A stretch of 64,000 bases of DNA from Octopus sinensis (lineage: Eukaryota), in contig NC_042998.1 of assembly GCF_006345805.1 (NCBI RefSeq), positions 96,844,001 through 96,908,000 on the forward strand, read 5' to 3'. The position numbers and the translations under genes were made by a program. The notes beneath the pieces are model-generated. The model searched no databases. It had not been told where the DNA came from and saw only the letters and a list, made by a program, of their open reading frames with translations. Numbering within the stretch: the stretch's first letter is position 1; each line of letters opens with the position of its first letter. This document shows, piece after piece, positions 1-10,909 of this stretch.

Positions 1-249
1 GGACGCCAACTCCGCCGCCATCGACACACGAAAAATTATGCATTAAAATGGAATAAAAAATGATGTTAAATTATTTTTAAAATCGTAGACTCATCGTAGA
101 CGCGTGCTAATAGCCAGACGGGCTTGATATTAATCACGACTATAAGATACTCGAATTTGGTTAAACTGCACCGCAAAATGTGGGAGGAGTTAGGAATCTA
201 AATCGTAGGAGACAGACACTCACACAACTACAGTTTTATATATATAGAT
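1..249 (+). mobile_element. 3' part of a Helitron/Helentron-like non-autonomous element (5' end lies outside the window)
   Basis: Near-identical to 31320-31579 and ends CAACTACAGTTTTATATATATAGAT, as Lep1/DINE-like elements do. Confidence 0.7.
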
Positions 250-423
250 ATCCTTCGTGAAAAGATTGATGCATTGCTGACAATAATTTATCCTGTCAGA
301 GATTTTGGTGTGCATCTGTTGAAACATATGTAGAAGAATTCAAGATATAAATGGTTTAACAACATCCTGAGAGTTTGTCTCCTTGTTCAATTTTCCTATA
401 TATATAATATATATATATATAGG

Positions 424-805
424 TGCAGGAGTAGCTGTGTGTTAAGTAGCTTGCTTACCAACCACGTGGTTCTGGGTTTAGTCCCACTGCATGGCACCTT
501 GGGCAAAACTCTACTATAGCCTCAAGCCATCCAAAACCTTGTGAGTTGATTTGATAGACAGAAACTGAAAGAAGCCTGTCATATGTATATATATATGTTT
601 GTCCCCCCAACCCCCAACCACCATCGCTTGATGACCAATTCTGGTATGTTTACATCCCTATAACTTAGCCGTTTGGCAAAAGAGGCTGATAGAATAAGTA
701 CTAGGCTTACAAAGAATAAGTCCTGGGGCCTATTTGTTCAACAAAAAGTGGTGCTCCAACATGGCAGCAATCAAATGATTGAAACAAATAAAAGAGTAAA
801 AGAGA
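424..805 (+). mobile_element. tRNA-derived SINE, family A
   Basis: A/B-box-like head (GCTGTGTG..AAGTAGC / GGTTCTGGGTTTAGTCCC), GGCACCTTGGGCAA core, internal (TA/TG)n, TAAAAGAG tail; many copies in the window. Confidence 0.85.
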
Positions 806-822
806 ATATATACATTTATATA

Positions 823-1330
823 TATCTAATTCTTATGCTTTCCTAAGACTTGGGAAGGGACTGGTGACACAAACTTTCATTCAAACTTTGAATTTGGTGA
901 TACTAGCTGTGGCTTCTAGCTCGCTCTGATACTGAATTGAGTTGGTGCCTTCTAGTATCTCAAAATTCAATATACAATCATTCATGATTGTTTGTATCCT
1001 GCGCTGATGAGAGAAGAAGTATGGGTAAAGTAGAATTATCTAATTCTTATGCTTTCCTAAGACTTGATCTCGAAACGTACGTCCGTAGGTGACTTAAAAC
1101 TGTATGATAGATTGCCGTTAATTCATTCTCTCTTACCTGTTTGTGTTTGCCTTTCAAATGCTGTGTTTTTGCTGAGATCTCCCTTTTAGTAGAAGAAATA
1201 GCTATAATCTCTTTGACTGCTATTTCTAAATTCGGTGTGCGGTAAGGCAATTCGTTGCTAAACCCTTAATTGCTTAGTATTACTTAAATTTTCCTCGAAT
1301 GAGGCTTTTACATGCCGAAGACTACTTGGT
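823..1330 (+). mobile_element. Probable Penelope-like/retrozyme-like element carrying a hammerhead ribozyme
   Basis: 30-nt direct repeat at 823-852 and 1037-1066 plus a type I HHR with palindromic stem III; outer boundaries uncertain. Confidence 0.5.
998..1089 (+). ncRNA. Type I hammerhead ribozyme
   Basis: Stem I CCTGCG/CGTAGG; core CTGATGA 1004-1010; stem II GAGA/TCTC closing a long hairpin; GAAA 1072-1075; stem III AC-GTAC-GT; GTC cleavage triplet 1081-1083. Confidence 0.75.
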
Positions 1331-1429
1331 GTAATTGATAATTATTCCAAATTAATTAATTTCACCCTTCATTGTTACTGATATATATATATATATATTA
1401 TATATATATATATATATAATATATATATA

Positions 1430-1812
1430 TATATTGCCAGAGCAGCTAACTGGCTTCCGTGCCACATAAGAATCACCATTCAAGCGTGATCGCTACCAGC
1501 ATCACCTTACTGGCACTTGTGCCGGTAGCATGTGAAGAAAACATTCAAGTGTGATCATTGCCAGTGCTGCTGGACTGGCTCCTGTACAGGTGGCATGTAA
1601 AGAACACCATCTGACCGTGGCCATTGCCAGTGGCACATAAAAGCACCCACTACACTCTCGGAGTGGTTGGCTTTAGGAAGGGCATCCAACTGTAGAAACA
1701 CTGCCAGATTAAGATTGGAGCCTGGTGCAGTCATCTGGTTCGCCAGTCCTCAGTCAAATCGTTCAACCCATGCTAGCATGGAAAGCGGATGTTAAATGAT
1801 GATGATGATATA
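1430..1812 (+). mobile_element. RTE LINE 3' tail (5'-truncated or non-autonomous copy)
   Basis: Matches the tail of the RTE at 44290-44480 (GGCACATAAAAGCACCCACTACACTCTC...GGAAGGGCATCC...) and ends in (GAT)n. Confidence 0.75.
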
Positions 1813-2462
1813 CTGCAGAGAGAGCAAGGCAGATAAGCAGAAGTAGGTTTGAGACATATTTACATAACGTATAAAATACAGATTACAGAATAAAAAAAGA
1901 AAACAAAACAGAACAGAAGAATTATTTGAAGTATTATCTTGACAGCTATATTTCAAGTCAGCCATAACTTACATAATAGCCACATTTTATGCAAAATATG
2001 TCATAGGTGTGTATCCTACAAGTCTCAATATATACATTTTATATATAATTAATTAATAAGGGTGAGAGAATTAGATACTAATTTAATAGTATATCTATTC
2101 AACATATATATATATATATATATGGCTGTATGGTAAGAAGCTTAGTTCCCAACTACACAGTTCCAGTTTCAGTCCCACTGTGTGGCACCTTGGGCAATTA
2201 TCTTTTACTATAGCCTCGGGTCGACAAAAGCCTTGTGAGTAAAATTTTGTAGACAGAAACTGAAAGAAGCCCATCGCAGTAAGGAAGTCCTGGGCATTTC
2301 TGACTCTCCTGTCAAAGCCCTCCACAGTGAATATTGGGACCTCATACTCCAAGAGCAGGCAAAGAATCTGGAAGGATGCCCTGCTAAAAATTACCTTCAA
2401 ACAGACAACAGCAAATTATAGATGGAACCTATGGGTCTATTCAACCTCTTTATACACACACA

Positions 2463-2464
<2 letters not shown>

Positions 2465-2555
<91 letters not shown>

Positions 2556-2575
2556 ATATATATATATATATATAA
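2465..2575. repeat. (TA)n microsatellite
   Basis: Direct reading. Confidence 0.95.
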
Positions 2576-2790
2576 AACTAGCTTAAAAGCTGCCCTATCA
2601 AGTGGGTGGCTTTTAAGCTGGCTCTTGTGGAGGACTTTCATTGGGCCTTGGGCCCAACAATGACACTTCATGCATAGAGTACAATAATTTTCAAGCAATG
2701 AACAATTTTCATCAAAACAATGATATAATTTGTCTGCTTGGAACTTATTGCAAATCTGCATGATAAACAACAATTTTCGTCTTCCCATTC
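2576..2790 (-). repeat. ~200-bp interspersed repeat, second copy at 27632-27822 (+)
   Basis: Clear homology between the two loci in opposite orientation; this copy ends in an 11-bp inverted repeat AGCTTAAAAGC/GCTTTTAAGCT overlapping CTAG. Confidence 0.7.
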
Positions 2791-3111
2791 AGTGATCAGT
2801 ACTATTTTTTTTCCTGTCTAACCACTTTCTCTCTCTCTCACTCTCTCTCTCTCTCTCTCTGTTGATTGTTTTCAACCATCACCATCACCAGTACCACCAC
2901 CATCGTCACCACAACTGCCATACATACACCATCCATTCAGACTTCTGATACCACCACCATCAACACCTTTGACTTCACTGCCTTCCCTTCAACCACCATC
3001 ACTATGTGCTAGTATAGGAGTATATGTTCATAGTTAATCACTTGTAGTAAACTGTATTGAGAATGTAATATCGTTCTTCTTTATCATTTAAGGAATGATA
3101 TATTATATAAC

Positions 3112-3515
3112 TCTTCTACTTGTTTCAGCCATTTGACTGTGGCCATGCTGGAGCACTGCCTTTAGTCAAGCAAATCGACCCCAGGACTTATTCTTTGTAA
3201 GCCTAGTACATATTCTATCGGTCTCTTTTGCCGAACCGCTAAGTTACATGGACGTAAACACACCAGCATCGGTTGTAAAGCAATGTTTGGGGGACAAACA
3301 CAGACACACAAACATATATACACACATACACACACATATATATATACATATATACGACAGGCTTCTTTCAGTTTCTGTCTACCAAATCCACTCACAAGGC
3401 TTTGGTCGGCCCGAGGCTATTGTAGAAGACACTTGCCCTAGGTGCAACGCAGTGGAACTGAACCCGGAACCATGTGGTTCGTAAGCAGCCTACTTACCAA
3501 ACAGCCACTCCTACA
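3112..3515 (-). mobile_element. SINE family A, near full length
   Basis: Reverse complement of the 424-805 and 23056-23497 consensus. Confidence 0.85.
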
Positions 3516-3632
3516 CCTCCACGCAACCACTCCTACACCTGTACACAATTAATAGATAGCTAGTATTTAGCAAAGTAAACAACTTATGATTCCCATTGAA
3601 CAGGGTATCAATATTTGCTCGAAATAAGGCGA

Positions 3633-4470
3633 TGTCAGCAGAATCATTAGCACGCCGGACGAAATGCCGCTAAGCACTTTCTGAGTTCAAATTCCGACGA
3701 GGTCAACTTTGCCTTACATTTTTTCAGGGTCAATAAAATAATTACGAGTCAAGGACTGGAGTTGACGTAATCGACTGATCCCTTCCCTCGAAATTGCTGG
3801 CCTTGTGCCAAAATTTGAAAACAATATTTCCATGAAATAAGGCAAAATCGTTAGCACGCCGAGCAGCCGCTACGTTCTGAGTTCAAATTCCGCCGAGGTT
3901 GACTTTGCCTTTCATCCTTTCGGGGTCGATTAAATAAGTACCAGTTACGCACTGGAGTCGATATAATCGACTTAATCCGTTAGTCTGTCCTTGTTCGTTC
4001 CCTCTCTGTTTAGCCCCTTGTGGGTAGTAAAGAAATAGAAATAGGTATTTCGTCTGTCTTTACGTTCAGAGTTGAAATTCCGCCGAGGTCGACTTTGCCT
4101 TTCATCCTTTCGGAGTTGATAAAATAAGTACCAGTTGCGCACTGGAGTCAATGAAATCGACTATCCCCTTCCCCCAAAATCACAGACCCTGTGCCTAAAG
4201 TAGAAAGGGATAGTTCCATGAAATTCAAATATAATGAAAGTACCCTGTCTCAGAAGTTGATAGACAGAAACACACTGGTAACTATTAGATTTTTAACAAA
4301 ATCGTTAGCGTACCAGACAACATGCTTAGCAGCATTTCAACGGGTTTTTATGTTCTTAGTTCAAATGCTGCCAAGGTCGACGTTGCCTTTGATCCTTTCG
4401 AGGTCGATAAAATAAGTACCTTCCCACTCTCCTCAAAATCTCTGGCTTTCTGTCAAAATTAGAAAGGATA
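3633..4470 (+). mobile_element. Head-to-tail array of about four SINE family B units
   Basis: Repeated GTTCTGAGTTCAAATTCCGCCGAGGTCGACTTTGCCTTTCATCCTTTCGGGGTCGATAAAATAAGTACCAG with B-box-like GAGTTCAAATTCC. Confidence 0.85.
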
Positions 4471-4687
4471 GTGTGTGTGTGTACTTATAAAAAAAATAAT
4501 TTTAAAAACTCATACATATACCTACACATACATATACACGCACACAATTATTTTCATTTTTTTTTTTGTTCCATTTTTTTTTAATTCATAAAATAAAAAC
4601 ATTTTTAATTTGATGTAATATTTTCTTTTCGGTAAAATGTTTAAGTTATCGCTACATCATGATTTATTTATTTATTTATTTATCTAT

Positions 4688-4840
4688 TTATAAGTTGCAC
4701 TCAGAAGTCCTTTGTGTTATTTGCTTATTTTCTGTAAACAGAAAGCTTCTTAACGACAGCTTAGGCGTTGCAGGTTGCTTTTCAACTGTGTCGGGCTTTT
4801 TCTCAGTGCAAGGTGCTCGTTCAGTAACAACTTTAGTTGA
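4688..4840 (-). CDS. Terminal coding exon of an unidentified gene (STKVVTERAPCTEKKPDTVEKQPATPKLSLRSFLFTENKQITQRTSECNL*)
   Basis: Acceptor atattttatttgacag, 50 open codons in phase 0 matching the donor at 6466, TAA, then AATAAA repeats near 4663-4680. Confidence 0.65.
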   Translation of the reverse strand, partial: STKVVTERAPCTEKKPDTVEKQPATPKLSLRSFLFTENKQITQRTSECNL

Positions 4841-5099
4841 CTGTCAAATAAAATATCTATAGCTTTCCATGCACGACAGTTCCACCCTCACCCTCTCTCT
4901 CTCTCTCTCTCACACACGTGTTTGTCTTGAGATTTGATTTTGTGTATTTTTGTAGTTACATTTCTAAAAAAGCGGGTGTTCCTTCGCTACACTATCGAAA
5001 CGTCAATTTTACGCCATAAGCGTCGATACATCTTGAATTTGACTCATTATATATTTCAAATTACATATTACATACTACTACATACATATTCTTTTATAC

Positions 5100-5275
5100 T
5101 CTAGGCATAAAGGCCCGAAAGTTTGGGGATGGAACCGGACGATTAGATCGATCCAGTACGCAACTGGTACTTAATTTATCGACCCCGAAAGGATGAAAGG
5201 CAAAGTCGACCTCGGCGGAATTTGAACTCAGAACGTAAAGACAGACGAAATACAGTGACGTGCTAACGTACTACT
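5100..5275 (-). mobile_element. SINE family B
   Basis: Reverse complement of the family B core. Confidence 0.8.
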
Positions 5276-6465
5276 ACATAGATATTACATACTTCAACCC
5301 TTATTATTTAAAAAAAAATCGTTCATTTCAATAATAATTTCTTTAATGTGGAAACCAATAAGGTGATTGTACAAAATACGAGACGAAAATGCTATAGAAC
5401 CGTTTTAATTCTCCTTGTTACAGATGGCACATGGATGTGAAGATATTTATGATAAGAAAAATATTTTATTACGTTTATGTTTTTGTTTTGCTAGATTCTT
5501 GATGTGAAATCGTATGTTGGACCATCCCTAAGTATAACAATAAAAATATTTTAGATTTCTACCAACATCAATTATAGAATTTTTTCTAAAAATTGCAATT
5601 GGGCTGAATCTTCACGCAGCTATTGCTAAAATAACGAAGGTAAACAGATTCCGATGGAGAAAAAAAAGGATATAGAATTTCGAAACACCTTCAGTAAAAA
5701 TTAAATAGGTATATAATTTAGATAATATGACTAGTTCGGAATATAAGACTAACAGACAATTTGTGAAATTCGTAAATATTTAAGTTATTATGTCGAGGGT
5801 AGAAAGAAAATCCTAATCAAATATTTAGGTTAGCCTGAAACGTCAGTATTCTTTTACTCGTTTGTATATTCATATGGAGTATACATACTTCTATATTTAA
5901 CTCTATGATTAAAAGGAATTTCACAATGAAACCAAGGGAATCTTTAAATTTAAGCGGTTGTTACTTTCATACTGCCAAATCTCAACCCGCTCTTAAGTAC
6001 ACCACTAAAATAGGTTACATGTTATTTTTACATACTACATCAAATTGGAGTGGATCTAGAGAAAAGTAAAACAGTAATATAGTAGCTCTGATGAACAGTT
6101 GGAAATTAGGGGTAATGGAGTTAATTTATTTTCTAGTTTCCATCGAAAGTCTGAAGGAAATTTTATATGAAACTGTCAACAAAATACTAGTGTACAAAAA
6201 AAGCTCGTTATTAGTCCGTATCAAGAAATAACCACATGTAATCACACACGTTACAATTTCATATTTCTCTCTCTCTCTCTCTTTTTCGTTCGCTCTTTCT
6301 TCAGCATCTATCTCGACCAACCCCTCTCCAAGTTGTTTTCGTCTTACCCGTGTTTTCCCTTTCTATCACTCTCTCTCTATCTTTCTTTCTCTCTCTCTCT
6401 CAATTTGTATTTCAAATAACTCTTACTGTTCTTCATGTTAACAAAGTATTTTGGAAGTAACTTAC

Positions 6466-6830
6466 TTGATGTAAAGTTAAATTAAGAGCTTCTGCACTAA
6501 TTATACTTTCATCACGAGGTAGCGAGTCCTTTTTATCTCCTGAAACCAGTGTTTCCATTTCCATTCTACGCGCTGCCAGAAGACCTCCGTTCGCTAAGGT
6601 CCGCTTATAGTCATTATCACAACTTCCTCTTGCTCTGACTTTATATTCCCCCCTTTCTTCCTCTACTGGTGGTATAGCAGTAGTGGAAGATACTTGTTCA
6701 CAACTAAGTGAATTTTCTCCGCTGTTTTCGTCGCGGCAAACAGACGATGACAGTCCTGTATTCTGTTCTGCTCCATTATTTTCTGTTTTTCCGACTAATG
6801 AATTAGTTATAATGATTCCCTCCTGATCAA
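6466..6830 (-). CDS. Internal coding exon of the same unidentified gene (DQEGIIITNSLVGKTENNG...KKDSLPRDESIISAEALNLTLHQ)
   Basis: More than 120 stop-free codons ending at a perfect CAA|gtaagt donor in phase 0; 5' acceptor uncertain (6831, 6823 or ~6795). Confidence 0.65.
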
Positions 6831-7414
6831 CTGGTACAATTTTCGCCAGTTTGGCAGTTTAAGACAACAGGAAAAGTTATAGTTTTCTATTCTCTCACCT
6901 GAGAACCACCGCCTTGTTACCTCGTTGAACTAATTGGTGTAACTAACGTTTTATTTACCATGGAGATATAATAAACTCATCCGTTATGCCTCATTGAACA
7001 GGTCTTTCAGCCTTTACACAAACAACGATCGATTAAGTTGGGACTGACTGCTGATAAGTTCAAATACTCGAGGATCAAATTTGCCTTTTTTCTCTCTGGT
7101 GTCCGTCCCATGGAGGTGTTGTCTTGGTAAAATCATTATTTATAAACATATTAATACGGAAATAACGTTAACAGGGAACCCATTAGGTCAGCAGCCAAAT
7201 TTCCCTATATCGCACTATTTCTTTTAAAAGAAACGGGGGTGGGAAACACATTCGATAAGATAGTTCTACATACACTGTCTGGGTGAGGGTGGAACGCGAA
7301 AAACGAGGTAGTCAGAGTTAGAATACCTTTCATCATCGAACTGCCCATTTAAAGCTGATAGGGGCTAAGTAACAACAGCAACAAGCCATACCAAGTCTAA
7401 AAAATCAGAATATA

Positions 7415-8000
7415 TTTATTATCATTAAGCGGGTCCTGGCTCAGATTAATATCCCCACCCCACAATTCTAGAGCCGGCGGGATTATCCAGAAGTAATGGA
7501 AAGAGACCAGATAGTCTTACCCTCTGTCTCTGGGTTAGAGACAGATGTCTCATTTGGGATATCACAGTCTGCGATTCGTTTGCTCCCTCATGCATCCTGT
7601 ATGCTGAAGTAAATGGGAGGGTCACTGCTTCCGTGGCCGAACGAAAGAAAACCCTGAAGTATTGGGACCTGACAGTGTACTATCTCTTCCAACCTGTGGC
7701 GTTTCAGACGTTCGGAGGGACTAGGCTACTAACCGCGAAGTTCTTGTCACCGTTGGCAGCTAGTCTCAACGGGGTGTCAGGTGATGCCCGTGACGGCGAT
7801 TGACTTTCCCAACACCTTAGCCTCGCCATCGCCTGTGGTAATGCTGCGAGGGTGCTGACTTGCTTCAGTAGGTTTCGTTGAACCTTGTGGGGTGCGACCA
7901 ATCGAGGAACTTGGTGCTGCATTGTTGCGGTTTTTTTCTCTTTCTTCCCTACAAATGGTTTCGAAACAGAAAAAAAGTTCTCCGGTAATTTTCTTTCAAA
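7415..8000 (+). mobile_element. CRE-clade non-LTR retrotransposon 3' fragment (restriction-like endonuclease region), degenerate
   Basis: Translates EPAGLSRSNGKRPDSLTL..W...CLIWDITVCDSFA..KYWDL..FQPVAFQTFG..LSLAIACGNAARVL, the CRE RLE signature. Confidence 0.8.
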
Positions 8001-9129
8001 TAAATAAATGTGTATGTTAATTTATTACCCAACATGTACAAATGACAATTTTACTCAGATCTCATCAGTTACGGAGGATCAGTAAAATCATGGGCTCTGC
8101 CCCACGCTGGAGTTAGGCTTGATCAGATCCTAATTCATATGGAACTTTAGTGTCGTCTCATTAAAGAGTTATAAGTTTGGTAAAAATCAAAAACATGTTT
8201 GCTTTTTAATAATTTAATAGCACATAAAAACTTAACAAACTTGAAACATGTTCTTTCTTAATTTCTAAAATGTAAAATCATGAATTTTGTCTTCAATGTG
8301 GAAAGCTGTGCAGTCTATTGCTCTTTATGCTCTGTAACATAGCAGTTCGGCAAGAGAACCGATAAAATAAATACCAGGCTTTAAAGGTGGTGCTCCTGTC
8401 TGGCTGCAGTCCAATGATTGAAACAAGTAAAAAATGATGCTAAATGTAAACAGTATTTTTTCACCTTGAGATATGGTTGTTCTCAGTTAATTTAATTCTC
8501 TTTAGCTGTAATAATTATCTTTCTCCTAAATAATACGTTACCATCAGGAATATTAATAGTTGTAATTTTGTTTGATATTAGAGAAAATCTAACTGCATCA
8601 AGTCAGGGAAAAAAATTTAACATCGGTCTCTCTGGCAGATTCATTCTCTTTTCCGGGTAACTCTGCTTGGTAGCAGAATTATCCAAGAAAAGAGAATGAA
8701 TTTGCACGAAAGTGCCACAGTTCACTTGTAAGGTAAAAATATCAAAACATTTAGATAGTCTTTAGTCAATGTTTCGACTGCTCCACGTAGCTATGTCTCT
8801 GAAAGTTTTAAACCAATTAAAAACAAAAATGCGCTGTCGCATAGACCTAAGCTGTTGCTCTTCTGTTCAAATCGCTAGAAGGACATTTACTATAGGAACG
8901 AATGATTTCACTGGCTATATGTCTATTGGAGAAAGCTCTTCATAAACTTCAGATGCGAATCCATCGCTTGCTTTTTTTTCTCGATCTCCTTTTCTCTGCA
9001 CACTTTCGACATCAAGCCGTTTCTATTTATTTCGTGTTCAGTACCACCAAAATCAACTGCTAACTGATCCACATAAGGATGATTTAATATTAGAGCACGC
9101 AGCCTGAAGGAGACCAAATCAGCTGCTTT

Positions 9130-9660
9130 CTATTTCGTTTTATGCGGTCAGAAAGAACTAAAACAAACTTAGTCGTTAAGACTAGATCAGCTGCAATTGT
9201 TTTATTATCCAAAAGTTTCATTATCACCGCTCAAAGTTCGACCACATTCTGTCAGAGTGTCTATCACTGCAACGACACGTTCGACCAAGCACATTCTGCC
9301 AGCGCTGTTGTTCTATTTTAATTTGTTGGACAAGTCTTGAGTCTAAAGAGGAACCAAGCTTCTTGTCAAGTATGTCAACAAAGCTGCTTTATATTTTTCA
9401 AAGTTCTCATAACTGAATTACAATCGTATCTTGTCAGTCAGCAAACTCACCCGAGCATGTTTTGTTGTTTGTGGTAAAAAATATAATAAATGCTTACAAA
9501 CAAAACAGTAAACAGCCAGTTGTTGGAGAAGACATTAGTCATTCCCGATCGCATATTTCACCATTAACTTTCTGGGATCTTTTCTATTTGGCTGTCACTT
9601 TTCAATTTCTTCAATTGATTTTATATTTGGTGTATTGGTATAGTTTTGTATGGTAATCAT
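9130..9660 (-). mobile_element. hAT (ZMYM1/DUF4371-like) transposase 5' remnant
   Basis: Frameshifted translation KVNGEICDRE*LMSSPTTG..CFVCK (TTF zinc finger), then DSRLVQQIKIEQQRWQNVL/RVVAVIDTLTECGRTLSGDNETFG. Confidence 0.65.
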
Positions 9661-9736
9661 TGACATGAAATTCATTTTCGCCATAAATCAATAAATAAAG
9701 AGTTAATAGCTTTTAAAGTTTGCAAATTTTGGGTAG

Positions 9737-10533
9737 TCAATGGCAGCCGGCCCTGGAGTTTCCCGGGGCTGATCGTTAAGGAGTCCTGAAGCTACATGGT
9801 TTTTTGCACTTCGTAGCCTTTTTCCCGAATTTTGTGTGGTAGAAACAGAGGTCGTCTTGTTTAACTCTATCATGTCTCGGGGCCGACCCTATGGCGTTGA
9901 CCATAACACCACTGGATAAAAAATGTTTGTCGGCTGCTTTCATTAACTGCCGCAGGTCCTCTAGTATCTTGGCTGCCACTTCCTGGTTGCTCTGCCGGAA
10001 TGTATAACATGATGTATTTGTGTGTTGCCGGGGGTTGAGTGAAAATGTCCAGCACCATCGTTGCCGTGTCCTCATCTTGTGCCGCTACTACGTACGAATA
10101 TTTCGTTAGGTCTGATGTTATTTTGTGTATGTTAAATTGCGCCTCCGCCTGCGCGAACCATAGCTCAGTCCACTTCGGCTAGAATTGTGGTACCTTCAGT
10201 ACTGTAGTGTGATCGCTTGCCATGTTTCTTTGATTTCTTGTTTACTTCGATGTGCGAAGCGAAAGCTGTTGTTCTTCTGTGGAGTCACCAGTTATAGCTT
10301 TAGTGAAGCTATACACACACACACAATAAAAAAAATAAACGGAGACCCAGAATGTGTTAGTGAAAGATTTATTTAATTAAACACACGAAGGCGACAGCCG
10401 CCAGTCAACTCCTGCTTCATAGAAATCCGCTTAATCGAAAATCAACTTCGTTGCAGACCAGCTCCCAAGCTAACCCGCAGCGAAGTTCCTGTCTACAGTT
10501 CGTCCGTCATAACTCCTTGGGCAGTGCCCTACA
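9737..10533 (-). mobile_element. CsRn1-clade Gypsy LTR retrotransposon: 5' LTR, PBS and internally deleted gag
   Basis: LTR 10293-10533 (TGTAG...TATA), PBS TGGTGACTCC 10281-10290, gag N-terminus WTELWFAQAEAQF..ITSDLTKYSYVV, CHCC knuckle CFYHTKFGKKATKCKKPC, slippery GGGAAAC 9758-9764. Confidence 0.85.
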
Positions 10534-10909
10534 CCTAAATAGGTCTTAAATCATGCGCCAATTAAAAAAAAAAATTTTAGATTTTGCACAATTGTATGAA
10601 CTCCCGTAGAATACAAATTTGCAAAAAAAGTTATGATGAGTTATATAGCGTGTGTAAAGCAGAATTCTACCAATATTTCACTTGTTTACAGTTGACAGCA
10701 CGTGCAGTCACATACAAAATGACAGCATCTAAATCTTGTTTTCTGATTTGGTAAAAATTATCGAACTTTAAACTTCTGTAGCGTTTTTTCTAAAAAATTC
10801 TGGATAAAGTGAATTAGTGGCTGAGATTCAAGGTGGAAAATTACACCAATACACCAAATTTTGAAATATTTGTATGTGTTGGTTGCATGGATGAAAATAA
10901 TTTAGTCGA

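Noticed and set aside
2327-2575. Many ORF-track entries with YI, CV, HT, LS, poly-S/L/T runs (also 13086-14108, 16345-16740, 24861-25143, 30075-30345, 33075-33446, 45066-45497)
   Set aside because: These are translations of microsatellites, not genes
3633-4470. Repeat-spacer-like periodicity resembling a CRISPR array
   Set aside because: Units are ~200-bp diverged SINEs with Pol III boxes that are also dispersed elsewhere; there are no short constant repeats with unique spacers and no cas genes
5553-5640. Plus-strand mini-exon or C-type-lectin-like fragment
   Set aside because: Short, conflicting frames with a stop, and located antisense within the intron of the minus-strand gene
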